This document shows positions 17,244 to 24,017 of a stretch of DNA of 64,000 nt, piece after piece (within the stretch, counting starts at the first letter, position 1; every line of letters begins with the position of its first letter). A program made the translations under genes and the position numbers. The DNA is from Parcubacteria group bacterium 21-54-25. Its GTDB lineage: Bacteria; Patescibacteriota; Minisyncoccia; Phycocordibacterales; Phycocordibacteraceae. The stretch lies in the NCBI GenBank assembly GCA_002255585.1, contig NCBJ01000004.1, forward strand, positions 6,415 through 70,414, in the 5' to 3' direction. The notes beneath the pieces are model-generated. The model ran no database searches. It saw only the letters and a list, made by a program, of their open reading frames with translations, and was not told the origin of the DNA.

Positions 17244-19409
17244 ATGAACGCCGACGACCTGCTCATCCAGCATTTCCCGCGGTTGCGCGCGGACCAGAAA
17301 ATCGCGCTAAAGAAGCTTGGTATCTTGAGCGTGCGCGACCTGCTCTATCACTTCCCGGCTCGCTATGAAAACGCGGGGCCAACGGGCACTATTGCGAGCG
17401 CCGCCGCCGGTGCAGACGTCACACTCTATGGCACCATTAGAAAGCCTGCCGCAAGGAAGGCGTGGAAGAGCCGACGACCCATCGCCGAGGCGTGGCTCGA
17501 GGACGCCTCTGGTCGCGTGAAAGTCATGTGGTTTTCGCAGCCCTACATTGCTAAGAGTTTAGCTGATGGCATGGTGGTCAAAGCAACAGGGCGCATGGCG
17601 GGCGCCGCTGAAAAGCCGTACCTCGCCAACCCTGACATTGAGCGCACGCCGGTCTCGCCCGAAGACGTGCACGACACACTCTTTGCCGACGCGACAGAAT
17701 CTGGTGACCAGACACTCTACCCGGTGTATTCAGAAAGTAAAGGTATCTCCTCACTTTGGCTCTATCATGCGGTAAAAAAATGTATTGCAAGTGGTGTGCA
17801 CGAGCGCATGGAGGACGCAGTACCGCCAGAACTTCTTGAGCGATACAACCTCCCTACACTTGCCACCGCGCTCGTGTGGATGCACCTACCGCGCACACGC
17901 GGGAACAGCGAGGCGGCACGCAAGCGTTTCGCCTTTGAAGAGGTATTCACCATTCAACTCATGATGGCGCGCCGGCGTGCCAAGGCGGCGCGTGACAATG
18001 CCCTTTCGGTCACGGTCAATCGCGAGGCACTCACCGACTTTGTAAGTTCATTTCCATTTCCACCAACCGATGCGCAGCAAAAAGCAATCAACACTATTGC
18101 CAACGACTTTGAGCACCCGCACCCGATGATGCGGCTCCTCGAAGGCGATGTGGGGAGCGGTAAGACCGCGGTCGCCGCAGCGACGGCATACCTTGTCGCT
18201 ACTTCGCGCCCACCAGGGAGAATCGCTGGCACGCTCCAAGTGGCGTACCTCTGCCCTACGGAGATCCTCGCCAAACAGCACTTCGAGACGTTCGTCTCGT
18301 TCTTTAAGGACCACCCGATCCAGATCGGCCTCATTACCGGCAGCGAGTGCCGCAAGTTCCCGTCAAAAATCACGCGCGAAAAGTCCACACATATTTCACG
18401 TTCGCAGTTTCAAAAGTGGGTCGCAAATGGTGAGATTCCTATCGTCATCGGCACGCACGCGCTCGTGCAGAAATCACTCAATTTCAAAACACTCGCGTAC
18501 GCAATCATCGACGAGCAGCACCGTTTCGGAAAGGTGCACCGCCAAGAGCTCGCACACAAAGACGGCCTCGCCCCACATCTCCTTTCCATGACCGCGACAC
18601 CCATCCCACGCACGCTCGCGCTCACCATCTATGGTGATCTTGACCTCACACTCCTCGACCAGATGCCGCTCGGCCGAAAGCCGATTATCACCGAGGTGCT
18701 CGGTCCCGAAAAACGCGAGCGAGCATATGGGCGCGCACGAGAGGAGCTTGCTGCTGGACGCCAAGCATACGTCATCTGCCCGCGCATCGATGAACCAGAC
18801 CCAACAAAAGAGCTTGCCCTCCAAGCCAAATCGGTCAAAGCAGAAGCCGCACGGCTAAAAAAAGAAGTTTTTGTCGAAGCGAGCATCGGCATGCTCCACA
18901 GCAAGATGAAGCCGATAGAAAAAGAAGAGGCGATGCGGAAATTTTCTACTGGCGAGACCCAGATACTCGTGGCCACGTCGATGGTCGAGGTTGGTGTGAA
19001 CGTACCAAACGCCACCGTGATTTTAATAGAAGGTGCGGAGCGCTTTGGCTTAGCACAACTCCACCAGTTGCGTGGACGCGTGATTCGCTCCACGCATCAG
19101 GCGTACTGTTTTGCGCTCCCTGAATCGTACGGACAGGCGACCAAAGACCGTCTGACTGCACTCACAAAAGCAAAGAACGGATTCGAACTCGCGGAGTACG
19201 ATTTGTCACTGCGCGGCGCGGGCGAACTCTATGGCAAGCGTCAGTGGGGTATTTCAGATGTGGCGATGGAGGCGCTCCGGAATGTGAAGCTCGTCGAAGC
19301 AGCGCGCACGGAAGCGGCAAGACTCATACAAAAAGATCCTGATCTCGCCGCCCACCGCGCGCTAGCCGAGCTCGCGCGCACTCGGCAAGCCGAGCTGCAT
19401 GGGGAGTAG
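17244..19409 (+). CDS. recG: ATP-dependent DNA helicase RecG
   Basis: 721 aa from the ATG at 17244 (MNADDLLIQHFPRLRADQKIALKKLGILSVRDLLYHFPARYE). Wedge/OB domain followed by a DEAD/DEAH helicase core (GDVGSGKT, DEQHRFG). Confidence 0.85.
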   Translation: MNADDLLIQHFPRLRADQKIALKKLGILSVRDLLYHFPARYENAGPTGTIASAAAGADVTLYGTIRKPAARKAWKSRRPIAEAWLEDASGRVKVMWFSQPYIAKSLADGMVVKATGRMAGAAEKPYLANPDIERTPVSPEDVHDTLFADATESGDQTLYPVYSESKGISSLWLYHAVKKCIASGVHERMEDAVPPELLERYNLPTLATALVWMHLPRTRGNSEAARKRFAFEEVFTIQLMMARRRAKAARDNALSVTVNREALTDFVSSFPFPPTDAQQKAINTIANDFEHPHPMMRLLEGDVGSGKTAVAAATAYLVATSRPPGRIAGTLQVAYLCPTEILAKQHFETFVSFFKDHPIQIGLITGSECRKFPSKITREKSTHISRSQFQKWVANGEIPIVIGTHALVQKSLNFKTLAYAIIDEQHRFGKVHRQELAHKDGLAPHLLSMTATPIPRTLALTIYGDLDLTLLDQMPLGRKPIITEVLGPEKRERAYGRAREELAAGRQAYVICPRIDEPDPTKELALQAKSVKAEAARLKKEVFVEASIGMLHSKMKPIEKEEAMRKFSTGETQILVATSMVEVGVNVPNATVILIEGAERFGLAQLHQLRGRVIRSTHQAYCFALPESYGQATKDRLTALTKAKNGFELAEYDLSLRGAGELYGKRQWGISDVAMEALRNVKLVEAARTEAARLIQKDPDLAAHRALAELARTRQAELHGE

Positions 19410-19424
19410 CAGGGCGAGTCGTTA

Positions 19425-19934
19425 TTAGCCGCACACCCCGCGTTCAGCGTACACAACTTGTTTGGCGTTTTGCCAGACAGTATACAAAAGAAAAATGATA
19501 ATGAGCACGTAGAGCGGTATTTCATAGGTTGCGAGAAGTCCTTGTAAAAAACCGCTTATCCCAAACGCTGCGGGTAGCACGCCTGCAAACACCGCGGCAA
19601 TGCTGGGCAATAAAGGTGAGCAACACATAAGAGGTAGGAGAATTCCTCCAAGAGCGCCTCCCACCACGCCGCGGGTACGAGCGTGCTGCTTTTTCTGCAC
19701 AGCATAGAATGCGTAGACGGTTGAGAGTGTAAGGGGAAAAGAAAATAATATGGCAAATAGTATGATGAGCGGCGTAATGAAATGTAATGAAACGAGTCCG
19801 ATGCTACCGCCCGTGTAACGCGCTGGAAGAATAAATACATACAGCGTAAAGAAAATGGCAAATAGAAGCGCGGCTGCCCCCCGGTAGCGGCGATGCGTAA
19901 ATACAATGCGGTTTGCGTCCAGAAGAAACGTCAT
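19425..19934 (-). CDS. Small polytopic membrane protein with intramembrane vicinal Cys-Cys (MerT/MerF-like putative Hg(II) transporter)
   Basis: 169 aa, about 4 TM. LLPLMCCSPLLPS places a CC(x)P motif inside a helix, as in MerT (ACCLGP) and MerF. C-terminal GVCG. Last gene of the arsR-merA-trx cluster. The function is inferred from context. Confidence 0.4.
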   Translation of the reverse strand: MTFLLDANRIVFTHRRYRGAAALLFAIFFTLYVFILPARYTGGSIGLVSLHFITPLIILFAILFSFPLTLSTVYAFYAVQKKQHARTRGVVGGALGGILLPLMCCSPLLPSIAAVFAGVLPAAFGISGFLQGLLATYEIPLYVLIIIFLLYTVWQNAKQVVYAERGVCG

Positions 19935-19940
19935 ACGAGA

Positions 19941-20498
19941 CTATGAGTTTGCAAAAGCTCTAATGGTAGCAGTGGTCGCTGCGGGTGAACCACTTATTGC
20001 TCGCACCACACCCTGTGCGTCAATCAGATAGTAAATATCTGCATAGTGATCGGGGTTATATATAGATGACGTCGTGCTGGCTGTAACGCGACCCCATACC
20101 CACTGTGGGTTGGTAAGCGTGGCAGGGGCGCTTGTTTGTATGAAAGAGTTAATGCTCGGGCCAGGGTATCCGTCGTTGTGGTACGTCTCGACGGGAATGA
20201 TGGTGAGATTGCCGAGCGTGCTTTCGTTTTGCGCGAGTACGCGCGCGCCTTCAGAACAGCTTGAACACCACGTAGATATGAACCAAAACAGCACCTTCTT
20301 CCCCTTGAAGCTGGAGAGTTTTACTGTGGTGCCTTGAAGATTTATAAAAGAAGCCGCCGGAGCTGGCGCATTGAGCGCCACGTGTCCCTGCGCAGTTGGT
20401 GAAGTTGATGGCGCAGACGACTGATGGCGCGCCGCAAACCACACGACTCCGCCGATGACAATAGCGATACTCACAAAGCCGACGACTCTGTTTTTCAT
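19941..20498 (-). CDS. Thioredoxin-fold thiol-disulfide oxidoreductase (TlpA/ResA-like), membrane-anchored
   Basis: 185 aa. N-terminal TM anchor, then a thioredoxin fold with the WCSSC (CxxC) active site. Confidence 0.7.
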   Translation of the reverse strand: MKNRVVGFVSIAIVIGGVVWFAARHQSSAPSTSPTAQGHVALNAPAPAASFINLQGTTVKLSSFKGKKVLFWFISTWCSSCSEGARVLAQNESTLGNLTIIPVETYHNDGYPGPSINSFIQTSAPATLTNPQWVWGRVTASTTSSIYNPDHYADIYYLIDAQGVVRAISGSPAATTATIRAFANS

Positions 20499-20501
20499 AT
20501 C

Positions 20502-21905
20502 TTAGATACAGCAGCTAAGCTGTGAAATATCCTTTGTAAACGAAAGCGCGGCGTATTTTATTGCTTCCGAAAGCGTGGGAAATACTGGTTCCATAGCCAG
20601 TACGTCGTCAATGGTATTTTTATTTTTAATAAGCGGAACAGCGGCAGCGATAAGATCAGCGGCGTCTGGCGCGAGAATGTGCACACCGACGATGACGCCC
20701 GTTTTTGGATCAACGCCCATTTTTATAAGTCCTTCTGTTCTACGAATGATGCCAGCCTTGGGTATCTGCGTAAAGGGCACCGTGCGACACGCACACACGC
20801 CCGCCTCTTTCATTTGCTCGTCTTCGGTAACGCCCACACTCGCGTACCCAGGATCAGTGAAAATAGCGTAGGGTACGGTACGGTAGTCAATGCTGTTGTG
20901 CTTTCCCTGCACAATGTTTTCAATCGCGAGCGTCCCCTCGTGTCCGGCCGTTGTTTCTAATCGCTTCGGTAAGCTAGTCACGTCTCCCACCGCATAGATA
21001 AAAGGCACAGTTGTCTGAAACGTATTACTCACCACAACCGCACCTCTCTCATTCACCGTTACGCCAGAAATATCGAGGCGTAAATCTTTGGTATTGGGTG
21101 TTTTACCAGCAGCAAGAAGAATCTCGTCTGTAGTAATTTCTTCGATATGGCCTTCGGTGCTATACGTCAACACTTTTCTTCCGTTTTCTATTCTGGCGCG
21201 CTGCACCAAAACGTTTGTCTTAATAGTAATGCCTTCCTTCTCTAAAACGGAAACCAACCGGTCTATAAGCTCGCTTTCGCCATGCGGAAAGATACGGGTA
21301 CCGCGTTGCAGTATGGTTACCTTTGTGCCAAACCGTGCGTACACTTGCGCAAGCTCAAGCGCTACTGGCCCGCCGCCAATACAAACCATTTCTTTTGGAA
21401 GCTTTTTTAGCGCTAATGCTTCAATGTGGGTGAGGTACCCCACCTCATGGATCCCGTCTATCGGCGGCACCGTTGCTTTTGAACCGGTAGCGATGATGAA
21501 ATTGTCAGCGGAAAGCACTTCGCCATCAACCGTAATTTCTTTCTGTGCGCTAAAAACCGCCCCTCCTTCCTTGTAGGTTACGTTGGGGAGGCGTGCGAGC
21601 ACTTTTTCATATTTTTCATCTCGAAATGTTTGTACTGTCGCGAGTTCGTCTTGTATTATTTTTTCAAAGTCTATCTTTTCTACAGTCGTGTGGATGCCAG
21701 GAACACCATGCGCGCGTACCATGTGCACAACGTGCGCAGCATGCACGAGCACCTTGGAGGGCACGCAACCGACATTGACGCACGTTCCGCCGGCGGGAAG
21801 GTCGTAGTTACTCATGGCAGTAGCGAGCCCAAGCTCGTTTGCTTTAATCGCTGCGGCAAACGCACCGGCACCGCCGCCGATTATGATGAGATCATATTTT
21901 TTCAT
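20502..21905 (-). CDS. merA: Mercuric reductase MerA (core enzyme, no NmerA/HMA domain)
   Basis: 467 aa. FAD-binding GGGAGA; redox-active GGTCVNVGCVPSK identical to the MerA signature; C-terminal vicinal cysteines ...KDISQLSCCI matching MerA ...KDVKQLSCCAG. Confidence 0.85.
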   Translation of the reverse strand: MKKYDLIIIGGGAGAFAAAIKANELGLATAMSNYDLPAGGTCVNVGCVPSKVLVHAAHVVHMVRAHGVPGIHTTVEKIDFEKIIQDELATVQTFRDEKYEKVLARLPNVTYKEGGAVFSAQKEITVDGEVLSADNFIIATGSKATVPPIDGIHEVGYLTHIEALALKKLPKEMVCIGGGPVALELAQVYARFGTKVTILQRGTRIFPHGESELIDRLVSVLEKEGITIKTNVLVQRARIENGRKVLTYSTEGHIEEITTDEILLAAGKTPNTKDLRLDISGVTVNERGAVVVSNTFQTTVPFIYAVGDVTSLPKRLETTAGHEGTLAIENIVQGKHNSIDYRTVPYAIFTDPGYASVGVTEDEQMKEAGVCACRTVPFTQIPKAGIIRRTEGLIKMGVDPKTGVIVGVHILAPDAADLIAAAVPLIKNKNTIDDVLAMEPVFPTLSEAIKYAALSFTKDISQLSCCI

Positions 21906-22225
21906 AGAGACGATTGCATTCTTTTACGTAATAAATCTGAAAAAGGTGAGCTCCCGAAACGGTAGTACACATGTCGGAAGTCTCGTCGGTCCTCCACCAA
22001 CCCAGCCTGTTTCAGTTTGGTAAGAGTGTGTGATACCGCAGAAACCGAAACACCGACGGCCGAGGCTATTTCCCCGACAGAGAGTTCACTATGTCGGCAT
22101 AATAGATAGCATATTTTCAAACGTGTCGGGTCTCCCACCACGCGAAACTCCTCCGCGCATTTCTGCACCTCTTTTTCGTTTTGTAGTTCTTTCTTGAGGC
22201 TGCGCTTTCTCATTTGCATGTACAT
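21902..22225 (-). CDS. ArsR/SmtB-family metalloregulatory transcriptional repressor
   Basis: 107 aa. wHTH region (DPTRLKICYLLCRHSELSVGEIASAVGVSVSAVSHTLTKLKQAGLV) has the ArsR-type Cys in the HTH vicinity. Overlaps the merA start by 4 nt. Confidence 0.8.
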   Translation of the reverse strand: MYMQMRKRSLKKELQNEKEVQKCAEEFRVVGDPTRLKICYLLCRHSELSVGEIASAVGVSVSAVSHTLTKLKQAGLVEDRRDFRHVYYRFGSSPFSDLLRKRMQSSL

Positions 22226-22326
22226 TCAAATGTACCCGGCCCCGCCGATAGGCGCAACATCTTTTCCACAGCTTCCTTGCGCTCCACGTAGCTCGCTCGC
22301 CATGCCGGGAGGTCATGGGCCGCCAG

Positions 22327-22351
22327 GTGTATCAAACGGAGTTTGATACAC
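22327..22351. promoter_or_regulatory. 11-3-11 perfect inverted repeat (GTGTATCAAAC-GGA-GTTTGATACAC) upstream of the arsR-merA operon
   Basis: Perfect palindrome about 100 nt upstream of the ArsR-family gene start and 33 nt downstream of the tRNA-Ile 3' end. Candidate autoregulatory operator or tRNA terminator hairpin. Confidence 0.4.
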
Positions 22352-22383
22352 CACCGATCGATTGGAGTATATGGTCGTTTTTG

Positions 22384-22457
22384 TGGGCGTACCAGGACTC
22401 GAACCTGGAACCGCTGAGGTATAAGCTCAGTGCTCTAACCAATTGAGCTATACGCCC
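22384..22457 (-). tRNA. tRNA-Ile (anticodon UAU), 74 nt, CCA not encoded
   Basis: Revcomp is GGGCGTA-TA-GCTC-AATTGGTTA-GAGC-A-CTGAG-CTTATAC-CTCAG-CGGTT-CCAGG-TTCGAGT-CCTGG-TACGCCC-A. Anticodon loop CUUAUAC gives anticodon UAU. Confidence 0.8.
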
Positions 22458-22481
22458 GTATCCTATCTCGCTCCGCTCGTG

Positions 22482-22510
22482 GTAAGCTCAGTGCTCTAAC
22501 CAATTGAGCT
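22482..22510 (-). pseudogene. 29-nt exact duplicate of the 5' portion (positions about 8-35) of tRNA-Ile(UAU), embedded in a hairpin
   Basis: Minus-strand TAGCTCAATTGGTTAGAGCACTGAGCTTA is identical to the adjacent tRNA. It is flanked by complementary GCTCGT/ACGAGC arms (22471-22520). No T-arm or acceptor 3' strand follows, so it is not a functional tRNA. Confidence 0.6.
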
Positions 22511-22547
22511 ACGAGCGAACATACCGCTTAACGCGGATGTCCCAATA

Positions 22548-22889
22548 CTAAACCCGCATAAAGCGAACGCCAAATAGGGTATTGACGAGCGCGAGGAGAA
22601 GTGCGAAAAGAAACGCGGTGCCAAAACCAGAAACCGAGAAGCCCGGCACAAGCGCCGCGGCACCCAGTATGATGAGTGCGTTTATGACGAGTGAGAAAAG
22701 CCCGAGCGTGAGAATCGTGAACGGTAGGGTGAGCACCGTAATGATTGGCCGAATAAATAGGTTGATGAGCGCAAGCACCGCAGCGAGCACTAGCGCGCCC
22801 ACGAGCGTCACCTGGACGCCGGGCACGAGGTACGCCGCAATGCCAATCGCAAGTGCTGCAACGAGCCAGTGGAGAAGCGTATGAATCAT
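22548..22889 (-). CDS. Phage_holin_4_2 (PF04020)-like 4-TM membrane protein
   Basis: 113 aa from the ATG at 22889 (MIHTLLHWLVAALAIGIAAYLVPGV...LTLPFTILTLGLFSLVINAL...), matching the conserved PF04020 pattern. The upstream ORF extension is discarded. Confidence 0.6.
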   Translation of the reverse strand: MIHTLLHWLVAALAIGIAAYLVPGVQVTLVGALVLAAVLALINLFIRPIITVLTLPFTILTLGLFSLVINALIILGAAALVPGFSVSGFGTAFLFALLLALVNTLFGVRFMRV

Positions 22890-22956
22890 GCGCGTAGCAT
22901 AGCATGGAGCAACCGCTCGTGCCGTCTGCTCGTGTTGCCTGCAAAGGTATGCTCTA

Positions 22957-23583
22957 ATGGGGCACATGCTGCACTTTTTACAGGAGCTTGTGTTTAATCC
23001 CGCCGCGGTTGTGACTGCGGCGGGATACTTGGGTGTCTCGCTCATCATTTTCGCCGAAACAGGCATTCTGCTTGGCATTTTCTTACCGGGCGATAGCCTG
23101 CTTTTTGCTGCGGGGCTCGTGGCTTCACAAGGCGTGTTGGACCCTGTCGCACTTGCAGCACTCGTCGCGCTCGCGGCAATTGCGGGAGACGCAACCGGCT
23201 ACTGGATCGGCCGCGCTGGAGGCGAGGCCGTACTTGGTCGCTATCCGCGCCTCATAAAGCCAGAACATATCGAGCGAACAGAACAGTTTTACGCGCGCTG
23301 GGGGGCGCGCGCGGTTGTGCTTGCGCGGTTCGTGCCAATCGTGCGTACGATCGTGCCCGTTCTGGCCGGCGTCGGCCGCATGCGCTACGATCGTTTCTTT
23401 CCGTTCAACGTCATTGGTGGCATTTTGTGGGGGCCGCTTGTGATCGCGCTTGGCTACTTTCTAGGACGCAGCATTCCTAATGCCGCACATTATCTGTTGC
23501 CCTTAAGCCTCCTTATCGTCCTCATTTCTTTCCTGCCCTTTTTCATACGCCTCGTACGCAATCGGCGAATGCGCAGCAGCTAG
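22957..23583 (+). CDS. DedA-family membrane protein (SNARE-associated/VTT domain)
   Basis: 208 aa. Hallmark motifs GYLGVSLIIFAETGILLGIFLPGDSLLFAAG and RFVPIVRTIVPVLAGV. Confidence 0.8.
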   Translation: MGHMLHFLQELVFNPAAVVTAAGYLGVSLIIFAETGILLGIFLPGDSLLFAAGLVASQGVLDPVALAALVALAAIAGDATGYWIGRAGGEAVLGRYPRLIKPEHIERTEQFYARWGARAVVLARFVPIVRTIVPVLAGVGRMRYDRFFPFNVIGGILWGPLVIALGYFLGRSIPNAAHYLLPLSLLIVLISFLPFFIRLVRNRRMRSS

Positions 23584-24008
23584 CGCGGTTGTGGCATAAC
23601 AACGCAGTTTTTATACGTCGTCGTAGAGCCTTCGGTGATGAACGCCGTATTCCCTTTGTTCCAGAATACGAATGCATCGTTCTGTGTTGCGTAGCGCGCG
23701 CCGGATGCTGCTATTGCCTGGGGTACAAGAAGGTTGCGCCCGTCGCTCAAAAGTAACTGCACTTCGTTGTTGCGAAATATGGCGCGTATCGTCTTGCCAC
23801 CATCGCACGAGAATGTGACATCGTTACTAATCGGCTCGCCGAGCTGGGTCGGTATCGATGAAGCTGCAGAAGTTGTCTGTGCCGGCGGTGCCACAGTCAG
23901 CGGCACCGAAGCACGTCCAAGAAAAAACCCAACCGCAAAAATACCGAGCGCGAGCACGATTGCGGTTATCTGCGAATACCATGTCACTTTGTCCCAAACA
24001 ATTGCCAT
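23580..24008 (-). CDS. MliC-family (membrane-bound lysozyme inhibitor of C-type lysozyme)-like protein with N-terminal TM anchor
   Basis: 142 aa. FSCDGGKTIRAIF...LLLSDGRNLLVPQAIAASGARYATQNDAFVFWNKGNTAFITEG...KNC matches the MliC pattern (Cys pair, SGARY, WxKG). Confidence 0.6.
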   Translation of the reverse strand: MAIVWDKVTWYSQITAIVLALGIFAVGFFLGRASVPLTVAPPAQTTSAASSIPTQLGEPISNDVTFSCDGGKTIRAIFRNNEVQLLLSDGRNLLVPQAIAASGARYATQNDAFVFWNKGNTAFITEGSTTTYKNCVVMPQPR

Positions 24009-24017
24009 ACCTCTACC

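Noticed and set aside
22421-22510. Direct repeat taagctcagtgctctaaccaattgagcta x2 considered as a CRISPR or tandem repeat array
   Set aside because: There are only two copies. One lies inside a bona fide tRNA, and the spacer between them is not unique-spacer-like. It is interpreted instead as a tRNA 5'-fragment duplication.
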